Part shown: positions 14,245-28,075 of the stretch, one piece after another
How the letters are laid out: every line of letters begins with the position of its first letter
Numbering within the stretch: the stretch's first letter is position 1
From: Cycas panzhihuaensis
Lineage: Eukaryota; Plantae; Cycadophyta
DNA: 64,000 nt
Reading direction: 5' to 3'
Assembly: GCA_023213395.1 (NCBI GenBank)
Contig: CM041465.1
Span: 187,061,741 to 187,125,740 of the forward strand
Program-made: the position numbers and the translations under genes
Notes under the pieces: generated by a model
What the model was told of the DNA's origin: nothing
Databases searched by the model: none
What the model saw: the letters and a program-made list of their open reading frames with translations, nothing else

Positions 14245-17200
14245 TGTTTTACTATGACCAGTCCCTTTTGGCATGGTCAAGTTCTAATTGTGATTTTTTG
14301 TTAGTTAAAGTTTATATTCATTTAATTGATATCATTGGGTTATTATTTTTATTTTGGTTGTTGCTTAATATAGAAAGCTTTGATTGGACATATTAGGTAT
14401 TTATCATTATCATTTTAAGTCATAAGATTTAAAGAAGTATTAAGTGGATGATTGATTATGTGTGTTTATGATGATTATTATTAGCTAATGATTAATTTTA
14501 TGATGTTATTTTATGCTCTTGTCCAATATGGCCTATGAAGCAATTCTAAGTCTCACCTATTCACTCTTTTTTTAAATATTATCAAACCTTACATGCAATT
14601 TTGTCTTATTCCTCTTGTTATTAGACATTTTCTTTCTTAATCTAGTCTCTACTTAAGTCATTATTACTTTAAGAAGGCCCACCAAGTTCATCATGCTAAT
14701 TTCTATTATTTTTGGACTTTTTGGATTGTCACATTTTTGGAAACATAAAAAACATGATAGTCTCTCACATTTTAAATTTTATCTGTATTATTACAGTTTT
14801 AGTTCACTGTCTTATTTTTTATTATCATATCCATAAAATTAGAAACAAAGTGCAAAAATCTCACCTATTTTAATATGATTTTATCCCATGTTTGTAAGCT
14901 AGTGTTGCCCCATTTTCCCTAATACATCCATGCTAATTTCACCTTCCCCCATGCAAGATTTTATTAAGAAAAATTAGCAAAACCATGGTTTTGGCATTTT
15001 TCCTTCTCTTTTTCTATAAATTTCTATTTATTTTCAAATCATGGGGAAGAGTCTTTTGTGTAATAAAGTGCTACTAAAATTTTTCTAGCACCCCTTTCTG
15101 GTGCTTTACCTCTAATTTGAGTGGATTTAGAGCCTTCTCTTGGGAGTTTGTGAAACTTGTTTGAAGGATTGGGAGTCCATTTTTGGTCTAATTACTTCTT
15201 CATTCTTAAATTCACCTTTCCAGCCACATACTAGGACATCTTCTCTTAGTGTTCCACTAGTTTTTGGCATAATTTCCTCTCCTACAACACCTGTTATTAT
15301 CGAATTTTCTCACTTCCAAAGTACGTAAAGTATTTTCACAACATATTAGACAAAGACATGGCATTGATTTAAGGCTTATTACACTTATTCATCATCAAGT
15401 TTGAAGTGTTTCTTTTGCAATTGAGTACTTTTTCTATTTGTTATAGTAGCTTCTTTTGCTTTAACATGGAAAAAGAGTGGAAAAAACTGGAAAGAAAATT
15501 TCATTATCATTTACTATCATTTCCTTCAAAATTTATCTTTTTATTAAGAGACATGATTTGGAAATCAAACTAGTTTTGAACTCCATCTCATTCCTCATCA
15601 TTGGAGCATAGAAAATAGGTTAATTGGTGGGATTGAACCAATTTCAATCCACTTATTGATTACCTTCAAATTAAATCACTCATTTCCCTTTTTACTTTTA
15701 TTCATAATCTATATGGAGATTAGTCTAAAAAAGGGTTAAAAGAACTAAGGCAACTCTTTATAGAAAGGTGAATGGTAAGAAGGATATTTTCAATAGAGTG
15801 GCTATACTCTTTTCGGTAGAGTTTTAGGTAACTCTTAGTAATCATTTGTTATCAAGTGTGAGAACCCTTTAGAATAAGATATGAGCATCCTTGGGCCATT
15901 CATCCTCAGAGATGAATCGTTATTGGGTGAGGGAGTCCCCCATGGTTGACTCCTGATAGGGTCATTAATCTAGAGTCCAAGCTCTCCTATGTTCTCACAC
16001 TTATTAGTCCTTCCAATCTCTAGTTAGTGCAACATTGATTACTCCCTGTATGTGGTTATAGAGGCCTAAGTTAGAGCTTTATCCATAGGAGGGCTTTTTG
16101 GGTAGAAAAAAAGGAAACCTAAGATACTTGCTTTGGGGTAAGGACTCCCAATCTTTCCATGTGTTGGAAAGGTGTTTGTGACTCCCCTAATATTAAGGAG
16201 ACTTTTGATTTGCTTTCTTAATTACTATGAGTCCTATTATTTGATGGCTTTCATTTTATTACATTTTGCATGTATAAAGTAGCTTGATTAACAAATTAAC
16301 TCAATATACTCATAAGTTAAGAGACACCCTTCTTTTTCAAAGGGATTGGTTGCAAGTCCAGCTTAAGGCATATCACCTTTACTCCCTCTCACATAGGATC
16401 TAATAGGTGATTAACCCTAACACATAAAACCATTCTAGCTATCATGCTAGGGATGTACCAAAGCTTCCTAGTTACATGCTCTAGACTTATACCTTACACA
16501 CTTGCTTAACATCCTTTATAAGACATCCTTTCTGGCTAGTTTTACACCCATGCCTTTACTTCTTTATTTGGATAAGACCCTTCATTCTCATCCATGATTC
16601 TTATCCTTTCTTTTAATTTTCATCGCTAGCTTTGCATTTCTATTCCAATGGATATTTTTTTATATCCTACTTAGTCCAGAGGATTAAGAAGGCAATAAAG
16701 CCTCCCTCCTCAAGACTTTAAGTATGAACATTATGAAGCCTATTAAGGCTATGCACCTTATGAGGGCTATCCTAGTTATGAGGGATATGAAATATATGTT
16801 CACTCTCTTAAAAGCTCTATTGATTTATATGAGGTCTCTATAGAGTAGGGTTGTTCTAAATATCCCAAACCACACTTGGAGGATCCTTCATTGGAAACCT
16901 CTACTTCTATCATAAAGAAGCATATATAGATCATTTTCCTATTCACTTTTATAACCCTTCTTACTAGGGTCTACTCATCTATTCATATTCTAGGGTATTA
17001 GGATCCCTTTCACTAGGATACTTATAATATGTCATTACCTATTCATCCTCTCTTAATCAACATTAGGAGCAGTGTGAGCCATCTATTTAAGAGTACCAAA
17101 TTTTACCTATTGACCATCCTTATCATTCTCATCCTCTTAACCTAAATGCACTTCTTATTCTCCCTAATAAGGTAGGAGATACTGGGTTACTTCACTCTAA

Positions 17201-20200
17201 AGCCTAAGGACAAGTTAATACCATGTAGGGAGAAGCCCAAATTCCTCTTGTGCCCCTTGTTTCGTTTGATCTTTCACTTAAGAACACTAATTGAAACCAA
17301 TAATTTGCTTCAAGGTATATATAACATCCTTCCATGTTATATTAGTTTCCCCATTATGGACCCAACAGGGGTTCATCTCTTATATATCATCATAAGTTCC
17401 CCCATACCACCTCATGTGTTGTATCCACTAGTATTATCCCTTCTCATGGTGCTTCTTACCTTGGTTAAAGGAACCATTTCCCTCTACCTCATTAGACTAT
17501 TATATATAATATAAGACCTCCACCCTCTTAGTCTTATAAAGGAACTACACCATCCACTCCTCTATTTCCCATATATTACACTTATGTTAGAATCTAAGGC
17601 TCATTTAGAGGCCTCCACACTCACATTGAACTTATTGACCATTAATCAACTAGAGCGTCCACACCATCTTGTGGCCATAGATTTGCTTATGCTTAATAAT
17701 TGAATCCATGACACGTGATTCCCCCTCTGTAGTATGTTCTTTTATCTTGACCGTATCTTATGCCCTAGATAGGAATATATCTCAACCCTACTATGTGATT
17801 CACTTCTTCCCATCCTTTATATTCTTATCCCCCACATCATGAGTAACCCTTATATAACCCCTTTATTACTTATCAATAACCTCCTTCTCATCCCTTCTCT
17901 ATGTTGAGGCCCAAGAGGCTATTTGTGACTATACAAGGACTCCATTTCTATAAGAAGTCCTCCTTTTAATAATGTCTCCTTTTATCCTTGGGCTACCAAA
18001 ATTCTTAGGAGGATCGATACAAGATCTTGCTATACATGTACAAGCTTTTACACTTGCATGTGCCAATTTCCTTCCTTGAGATTATGTCATGATGAGGCTA
18101 TTTCTAAAGTCACTTTAAGGTAATAGTTTGAAGTTGTTTTATCACCTTCAACTTGCTTCCATCTTTGCATTCCAATAGTTAGTTGATGCTTTCATCAAGA
18201 CTTTGATGTTACTAGGCTATTCAAAATGGGTATCAAGTCTCTTCTATCTATGAAATAAAATAATGATGAATCATCGTACAACTTTGTAAGATGATTCTAA
18301 GACCTAATCTATGCTTGCCATTCTCACCTTGATTCAAGCCTCTTAATCGATATTTTTACGAATGCTTTGAGAGCTTATGCTTACATGGAGGTTCTTAAAC
18401 TTGCCCGCCAAACTTATGAGGAAGCCTTTAATAAATTTGGCTTTTGAAGCGTTCAAGATTCAAATAAGAATTAAGAAGACTAGTAAGCCTACTCTAGTAA
18501 AGGACTACTCCCAAGGATGCAAAACTACTAAGCCTAATCATATATATGATCATTTCACCTCTTCCACTAGAGGCCTTAATCGTGCCATTAATATCAAGTT
18601 CTGCATTGAAAATCCCCACACTCCTTGTTTGAAATAAGAAACTAAAGTTATTCATTATGTTGAAGGGAAGAAATGACAAGACCCTCCTACTCCTCTACCA
18701 AAGGGGACTCCTTGGTATTGTTGGCACTAAATTGATACTCATGATCAAAATAAGTATTATGTGGGTGAGGCCATGGTTCACAAAGCTTAAACTTCTAACA
18801 ATCCTACTTCCAAACCTAATAAATATCAATTAATTTACAAGGGCCCCTTACCTGACTATGATCGAGAGCATATTAAGGATAAAAATAAAGGAAAGGTTAA
18901 ACAAGACGATGCTAGTAATAATGAGAGCTTAGGTTCTAAACCTAGTAAGAAACATGCCACCTCACCTAAGGGTAGTGGTAAATTGACTAACAATTAAAAT
19001 TGGCCACCCCCCAAAGGTGGTGAGGCTAAGAGAATAATTAATATAGTCAAGGTAACAAAGAACCTAGGTTTGTCTAAATCTCCTAAAGATTTATAGACCA
19101 AAACTCTCGAATACTTGCCCCTTGTCCCATCTAGACCTATTTATTTTAGATTCATCCCATCCACTATGAAAGATAGATCTTTCTCTTTAATTGATGAGTT
19201 AAAGTATGTCCATACTGGGATTTCAATAATGGACTTGTTGAGGAGTTTCCCAGAGCAATGTCAAGTTTTACTTGATTCCTTGGGGGTCCCTACTTCTAGT
19301 TCCCTAAGTCTTACCCTCTCTTCTGATCCTTCCATTTTACCTAATGAGAAGAAGAGGAATCCTAATGATATTTCTCCTTGCTATATTAAAATCTATAAAG
19401 ATAAAATCAACATTCAACACGTCATTATTAATAAAGGGTCGTTAGTAAATATAATCGCCCTTCGTCTTATAAAGGATTTAGAGATTGCTACCTATGAACC
19501 TTGTAAGTGGATTTTCCAAGGATATGACACAAATAAAAAAGTATTGTTAAGGTAGGTTATTCTTCCCCTTACTTTAAAAGGGAAAACTACTATGGTTGAC
19601 CTCACCATCATAGACCTTAACTTAGAATATAATATCCTATTAGGGATGCCTTGGTTTGACCAAATGCTTTTAATTTATTTTTCACTCTTTAGTGAGCTCA
19701 AATTCATTTATGAGGGAGAGCTGAAGGTTATTAAGTGAAAGAATAGACCTATCAAGCAATTTGCTCCACTTGTAGAAACTATCATAGAAGTAGGAGAGCC
19801 TTCCAACTCTTATGAGTACTTCCAATCTTTAGATTTTATGTAGTACTTTGCCATCAAGTCCCTTGCAACACTTGCATAGGAAGCTAAGAGTATTAATATG
19901 CTTAATACCATTCCCTCATAGGAAAGCTCCCCTTTAAGTTAATTTTACAAGGAAATCTTTCATAGCACCTTGGAGCCTTTTCTTATATGCACTCTTACCT
20001 ATTTAGAAGAGACTTTACCTCTTTTCCCTAAGAGATGTCTAATCAATCCTACTTGGGGGGTACAAGACTCAATCCATCAAGCCTCCTCTTCTTCATATCA
20101 TGCCAACAATGATAATAGGATGCTTTAAGATAATCCTATTTTGTCTTAGGAAACTACTTTATTAGGCTCATTCTCTCATGAGTCAAAATTTAGGCATGTC

Positions 20201-23200
20201 CTTTGCTTACATCATCTAAAGGATGTTTTGATCACTATTATACTTATTCCTTCTCCTTCCCAATAGGTACATTCCTCTTAGGTTATTATTCTCTCTCCTG
20301 ATAAGGTGTCTTACCATGAATCTCCCCTTCAAATAGATTGGTTCAATTATCATAGTAACAAACTCTTTATACATTAACATTTATACCTTTGACCTCTAAA
20401 AGATGAGATATCATCTTTGGACAGTACCTCTAAATTAAGTCTAACACGAGGAAGAGAAATTGAGGAGATCAACATGATCACTAATCTCCCTCTCCCCTGA
20501 TTAAGGTGGTGGTTTAGGATAATATCGTACATTCTCTCATTCATATATCTCCTCTAAGCATCCCTTGAGTTAATGAGTCCAACTTTTATTAGATTGGGAA
20601 TTTCCTAATTAGTTGGTCCCTCATCCCATGTCCCCAGAATTAGAGATGTGCTTCCAGACCAAGACCATGTCCTCCTTTTAGAGATAACTCTCCCAAATTT
20701 ATTTCATCATCCTCTTTCTCAACCTAAGGCTCTATTTTTAGAGACCTCCTTCATCTTGATCACTTTGAGTATGATGAAGTAATTCTAGAGTATTTAGTTG
20801 GAGCCATGTCTAACCTTCCATCCAATCATCACAAGATCAATTTTGTTAAGCACTTGCCCCTTAATTCAACCTTGATTAGCTCAGATCAACCCTTGCAAGA
20901 CTCTTCATCATTCACAAGTCCTGCACCTCCTTACTTTGAGGAAGGAAATGCCATGTTTATTGGTGATATAATCAATATAGATTTAAAAATAGATGACACA
21001 CTGAGAATCATCAAGATTAGAGTAGATTGCTTACTAGAGAAAGTTAAGTAACTTAAGGAACTTTTCTGAGAGTTTGTATTAGTTTTTGCTTGGGACTACA
21101 GTGACATGTAGGGTCTTTACCTGGATGTTATAGTCCATAATATCACTATAATTCTAAGAGCTAAACTTGAAAGGAAAAAGTAGTGACATATTCACCCTCA
21201 TCTATTTACTGCCATTAAGCAAGAAGTTGAGAAACCATTGAAAATAAGTTTTATTGAAAGCATTGACTACTCACAATAGGTGTCCAATGTCATCCCTATT
21301 GCCAAGAAAAATGGATCAATCATGATATGCATTAATTTTTGTGATATTAATGATGCTTATTTAAAGGACAATTTCCCCCTCCCATTCCTTGATCAACTTT
21401 GGGATCAGATGATCAATTTCAAGTTCATGTCCCTCATGGACAATTTCTCAAGATATAAACAAATTCTTATCTTATCTAAGGACTATTGTAAGATAACTTT
21501 CACAACTCCATGGGGAACATTTGGTTATAAGGTCATGCTGTTTGGCCTAAAAAAGTACTAGAGCTACCTACTAGTAGGCAATGGTTTTTATATCCCATGA
21601 CTAAATTGAAGTTATAATAGTTGTATACTTAGATGACATGCTTTCCCTATCCCATTATAAGAAAGATCACATTCAAGACTTAAGAATAATCTTTGAGCAA
21701 TGCAATAAGTATCATCTATGTCTCAATCAAGCAAATGCATGTTTACCATTACTTAACGTAAAATGCTAGGAAACATAGTTTCTCGTGATGGTATTATAGT
21801 AGACCTTGAAACAGTAAGGGCCATCACTAAGATGCCACCTACATACAATCAAAAGTAAATAAAATATTTTATAAGTAAGCTAGGTTTTCTATCAAGGTTT
21901 ATTACAAATTTTGCATTGAATGTTAAGCCTCTTATTGATCTTCTTAAGATCGGGGGTTTCTCTAAAATAGATTGCACTTATCTAAGAATTTGATAAGTTA
22001 AAATATGCCTTGGTTTTAGCTCCTAATCTTGTTCCTTCTATCTTTGTCAAGCCCTTTATTTTGTACACATCTTCCATTGAAGAATCCCTTAGGGGCATGC
22101 TTACCCAAGAGTATGACTTCTATAGGGAGTGTGCTATTTATTTCATAAGCAAAAATCTCATTATTGTCAAATTTAACTACTTAGCTTTTAAGAAAGAATG
22201 CTTATCCTTAGTCTTCACTACTAAGAAGCTACATTATGACCTTCTTGGTAACACTACCTTTGTAATTATATAATATGACCCTATTCACTTCTTGCTCATT
22301 AAGAGTGATTTAATAGGGCAAGTTGATAAATGGGCACTCTTCTTGTAAGAGTTTGACCTCTAGATTATTAATTATAAATCTAAAAAAGGCATGATAGTCA
22401 CTAAAATGATGGATGAAGTACCATTATCTAATCTTACCAACCTACCTATTGATGACAAACTCCCTAATGAGCAAATATTTCAAGTAGATATCATGCCTTT
22501 GGAAGAGGAATGGTATAAAGAGATCAAACTTACCTCATGGACCAAAGTTTTTCTTATTCTATCTCCTAAAAAAAGAGGAAATAAATTAGAGCTATTACTT
22601 GTCAATATCTACTCCTTGAAGATGTCCTTTACAAGCACCCCTTTGATAGAGTTTTGTTAAGATGTCTTTCATCTTCTAAGCCTTAGATTTCCTTAGTAGA
22701 GTGCCACATTGGCATATGTGAAGGCCACTTTGGTGGCTAGCCTACAACTCAATACATTTTTCAGATAGGATATTATTGGCTGGTATTATTTAAAGATACC
22801 CATGCTTACATTCATAAGTATGAAAAGTACATAAATACACCAACCCACTTAGTCTCTCAAGTTTTTCATATCTTTATGGCCTTTTTCATAATAAGTGCTT
22901 AACCTCGTTGGTCAAATCTACCTTATATCCTTAAGTAGCCATAAATTTATTTTCATTGCTACATAATACTTTACTAAGTGGAGTGAGGCTATATTGTTGG
23001 TTTATATAATTAGAAAGATCACTACAACATTCATTTTCTAGCATATCATTTATAGATTTAGAGTTCTTGATATTATTATCATAGATAATGTATCTTCCTT
23101 TTGTAACTCATAGGTAACTGAATTATGCAAGAAATTCCACATTGCTCATTACTTATCAACACCTTATCACCCTCAGGCCAATGGCCAAGTTGAAGCCTTT

Positions 23201-24695
23201 AATAAAATCTTAGCTAAGAGATTGGCTAAGACTATGGCTAGCTCCCATTGAGACTAGCATATTCAATTATTTCTTGCATTATGTGCCTATCAAACCTCTA
23301 TTAGAAATGTAACCAGAATGACATCTTTCTCTCTAGTCTATGGCTCTAAAGTTATTCTACCCCTCAAGGTAAAAATTCCATCTTTGTATATTTCCTCGAA
23401 ATAGTTCGCTGACAAAGAATAGTAAAGGGAGGCATGATTATTAGAATTAAAGAATTTGGATGAAATATGCTTTATTACCCTTTAGAATAATTTAGGTTAT
23501 AAAACTAGAGATCAAGCAACCCATGATAGGTAATTAAGATCTCATAGATTCTATGTTGATGACAAGGTGCTCAAGCTTGAATACTTGCATGATAAATAAC
23601 AAAGATTTACTCCCAAGTAGACATGACCTTACTTAGTTATTGAAGATCTTGACAATGGCGCATAGGGTATTTCTACTCTTGATGACCTTTAACTCTAAGA
23701 TCCTATTAATTCACAATTCTTGTAAAGGTTCTATACCAGAAAGGAGAATATGCATACCCTCCATAATGAGGACAAAACTATGGCTATGAAATCCTCATCT
23801 TCTAATGAGCCTAAACTATGGTTGGTTAGTTTAGTCCTCCTCTCTTAAGACATTACTTCAACATAAATATAAGACTCCTCTTTCATCATTCTATCTCCTT
23901 GATTGAGCTTTGTACCTTCTTGTATGCAAATATAACTCCTAACACCCATGTAAGACTACTATCCAACCACAAAACATAAGCATTATTTGTGACGCATACA
24001 TACATATATCTTATTTGGCTCAACTGAAGTCACTTTATCTTAGTCTAGTCTCTTACTCTTCCCTCTTGAGTTCTATACTTAGGAGTGAAGGGGGGTCCCC
24101 AACTTTATTTACCAATATGGTAGTTTCATATAAGTCTAGATGGTCAACTTCCTTGACTACATGAGATACCTAACTTTCTAGCCTTTCACCAATAACCTTT
24201 GATCTTGGCCTATCTCTTTCTCTTGTAACCTTACAACTTTCTTTATAAACCTATAAACACTTTCTCTCATCTATTTGGCCATTAATCCTCTTATGCTATG
24301 ATGGTTTCCAATACCTCTCAACTGCTCTCTTAAAGTTTATTGCTCATTTTGTTGCTGTTCCTTAATAGTGAAAGATACTTTAGTTTAGAGATCCTTCTAG
24401 ATCTTACAATTTAACATTTGAGGATTTGGTTCTTATTTTTCTTATTCCCTTGGTCTTATTGAAAAGGAAACCCTTACTATAGTTTAATAAGTATTGATAT
24501 TTCATGACTAGGTCAATTGTCGAGTACCTCCTAAGTCTAGTCATTCCTTCTCTTCAACGTAGCTCGATGAAAATCACATGTTGATTGTAGTCGAAGTGAA
24601 GATTACCTATCATCTAAAAAATGGGATAAATGATGCCTAATTCACCATAACCCTTATTTAAACTATTATGTGGGATGGCCTAAGATGGTAGCAAA

Positions 24696-24735
24696 GAGAG
24701 AGAGAGAGAGAGAAGAAATAAAAAAAAGAGAGAGA
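24696..24735 (+). repeat. (AG)n/purine microsatellite
   Basis: gagagagagagagagagaagaaataaaaaaaagagagaga. Confidence 0.8.
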
Positions 24736-24913
24736 AGAAAGATAAAACCCTTTTTACATATATTTCTACCTTCTTAGTATTTTGAGCCCCTTTTTTGCCT
24801 CCCCATATTGCCACCCAATCACATTGTAACTCTATCTCCACTTGTAATAATATTGTTTAAGTCCATTATGATGTACCATTCAAGACCTGCAGATCTAATT
24901 ACTTAGGGCCATT

Positions 24914-25540
24914 ATGGCCTCAATTATTATTGAAGTCTATTCAACATTTAGTAACATTCACCATTATTTATGTTTAGGAGGTGCTCTCATAGTAAGAAAA
25001 CTAAATCATAGTCCTATCTCTTTCTCATCTTACAATCAAAACCAAGTCTTTCATATAGAACCATATCCTCATAAGTTGATTCCCACACCATCCCTATATC
25101 TATCACTTTGTCTCTAAGTTTGTTCCCTCTTTATCATGGAATTGAGCATACATGTTGATATAGATAGTCGAGGCAACCTAGGGCCATCTACCACTATATG
25201 GGTTATTCATGACTAAATGCGCAGCATCTTAACTTCTATTAGCATGTTCCTATCTTAGGAAACTAATAACAAAGATGAATATATTATAGTTATAGGAGCC
25301 CTAGGTGATGTTTTACAATTTTATGATAGACCTATCAATCTTTCTATTGACTCCCAAGTTATAGTCTTTCAACTTATCAATGCATATCATGTTCATTCAC
25401 CCCACTTATGCTCCTTTCATGCTTATGATATGTCATTATTATTATGCTTTCCATATGTTATAATAAAACATATTCCACGTAGCCAAAATATTGAAGCTAA
25501 TGATCTAGTATCTTATATTTTGGAATACTATTACTTGTAG
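24914..25540 (+). pseudogene. Stand-alone additional (archaeal-type) RNase H ORF downstream of integrase
   Basis: One frame from ATG 24914 to TAG 25540 with a few internal stops: HVDIDSRGNLGPS..WVI..ETNNKDEY..IDSQVIV..KHIPRSQNIEANDL, matching the DGxSRGNPG / TNNxAEY / DSQLV / HIPRxxNxxAD pattern. Confidence 0.85.
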
Positions 25541-25848
25541 CCCCATCACTCTAAGCTAGGGACAACACTCTATAATGAGTATAAACTAACTGAACACTCC
25601 ATCATGAGTATAAACCAAGGTATAAATAATATCATAAAAATATAAAAATATTATTAAAGCATTCAAACCATAAAAAATATATACATCTATTTAATTCCAT
25701 ACATATTTCTTCATTATAAGGGGAATATGAGGGAGAAAGGTTAGAGACAATTATATTCTACATATTTATATATAGAAAAAATGATGATATGATGTATCTA
25801 CAAATATGAAAAATGATATGATATATATGTCATAATATAATGTTGGTC

Positions 25849-27769
25849 TTATAGCTTCCATGGGTGTATACAAATGCTCATAAGTGAGCTCCCATAGTGA
25901 CATCCCTATGCCCATGGAGTGAACTTATGCCCCTCCTCTTTCAAAACTATCTCCTCATGCCAGGAATCATGCTTATCATGATCATTAAGAGCTACCTTGT
26001 TCTCCCTTTAAGCAATGTGATTGAGTGTTCCTTCCTATGTGAGCCATGCTTAGCCTATTAGATGCTTTAACTAATTGAAGGAGTAGTGTACCCACTTGCC
26101 CAAAGGATTGTCATCTTACAAAGGTGTTATCTCTCATCCTCTATGACCTTTAATTGTGCCTCAAGAACCCTCATCTTAGCCTTTCGTACTACCAATCATG
26201 CCTTTAACTCTCAATACATATCTCTAGCTCTAATGGTAGGTGTAAAGTATTGAGTGTGAGGGCTTAGTAGCTTAGGATCTCTCTCTTGCCAAACTGGAGA
26301 CTCTCTTAAGTTGTAAACAAATGGAAGTATGTTATTAAGAGTCCTCCTCACTATTAATACTCCAATAATCTCCTTATTTGTAATAATAAATATGCATTAG
26401 TTAGTCACTTTTTAAAATATTTTGAAATAATTAAAAGTAAAGAGTCATTAAAGAAGTGTAAGAACATAAACTAAGTAAACTTAACAAGCACAAAATAATT
26501 AACTATAAATACCAATGGGAGGTAGTTCTACTATATCAACTCTTGGCTCAGGAATCTATACTGCTCTTACTCTCTTATTGTTGCCTCTAGACCTCCTTCT
26601 TAGTCTACTTCCATGTTGTCACTAGGTGGGGTATCCCCTATTATTACTACTGCCATCTCTACCTGCCCAACAACTTACTCTCCATTTCTTCTACCATTAT
26701 CTTCTACATGCCTTAGAGGAGCCACTCCCTATGATAACATAGCACCACCTGCCACTCCACCTACTGCCCATCCACCCTATGTTACTCCACCACTTGTTAT
26801 CCCTCCTACTCCACTTCTACATAGAGATAGGTGCCCTTGTATTATAACTCTCTCTATTGCATTGGCCTTATCATCAAACTACACCATCATCCTATTATAT
26901 AGATGGGGAACTAATTAGTTCCTCATCATTTTGCTAAGATGAGGGCTTTGTGTGTTCCTCGCTACTACCTCCCACTTGCTATACACCCATGATTACATGT
27001 GCCATCAGTTCATCATGAGGTCCATGATACTTAATCCTCCTACCTATCTAGTTGGTCTTATTAAGGGAATATGATCATGGAGCCTACACATTAAAATGGA
27101 GCTACATGAGAATCCCCCAAGTCTCTACTAGTAGATATAGATTAGCTACTGAGCCATGCTATTAATAATAAAACTCCCGTAATCCATTCAAGTGTTTATC
27201 TTATATCGAAAAATGATACTCACCCGTTAGGCTGGTACCTCCATAAAGTTTTAAATCCTAGTAACCTGGAATACAATAATATAGGCAAATACCTTATGAA
27301 GTGTTGAAATCCTATTTTCCTCCCTTATCACCTCTAAGGAGATCCCATATACTCTAAAGTATCCAACTGCTTTAGTCATGTATGCATTATAGGCATGTTG
27401 AGCTTCCTCCTTTACTACTAATATTAATCAAATCTTTGTACCCCACTAACTTACTCCCAAGATCCTTTTGATATCCCTCATAGTGATCTTAATGCTCACT
27501 TTCCCTCATACCCTAAATACTTGCTCATCAGGGACCTACAAATTGATGAAATCCTTAAGAAAGTGCATTATGAAGTAAATGGAATGACTAGCCCTAACTT
27601 ACCTATATTATCTTAAAAGTTACTACTTAGTAGATATCAATGCTCCTTGAAAGGGCTTGATGGTCGATCCTCCATTCTCATGAGTATCAATTCTCTGAAT
27701 TAGCTACCAAACATAAGTTACAACTCATAATTAGTTTTAAAAGGTGATAAAATATTAAGTCAAGTAAAA

Positions 27770-27804
<35 letters not shown>

Positions 27805-28075
27805 GTTCAAGCCAAAAACATAATATCAAAGTAAAAAATGTGATGACATAGTTATAAAACATGAAAAGCTAGTTAAAAATGTAATAAGCTAGCCAAAAAT
27901 ATAAATTCACAAACTAACTATTCATGTTCTCATATTTTTGACTGGTACTTTTATATTTTTAATGGGTAGTTTATATTTTTGATGAATTCTACCATGTTTT
28001 TTAGGAAAATTTTGAAAAAATAAAGAGTTAAAAACTTACTAAATATTGTACTTCTCAATGTATCCTAGCTTCCTA
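25849..28075 (-). pseudogene. Antisense extra gene of the Tat element: plant mobile domain (PMD)-like, with introns
   Basis: ~27440-27570 reads FLKDFINL*VPDEQVFRV*GKVSIKITMRDIKRILGVS*WGTKI, fitting the PMD pattern LxxxWxPExxxFxxxxGxxxITLxDVxxILGLPxxG. AT-rich intron-like blocks lie at 26378-26512 and 27704-28039. The middle is Gly/Val-rich and the last exon is coiled-coil-like. Confidence 0.65.
27773..27801. repeat. (TA)n microsatellite inside the putative intron
   Basis: About 14 TA units. Confidence 0.9.

Noticed and set aside
26613-26918. Pro-rich, extensin-like 101-aa ORF
   Set aside because: Complement of the Gly/Val-rich part of the antisense PMD-like gene.
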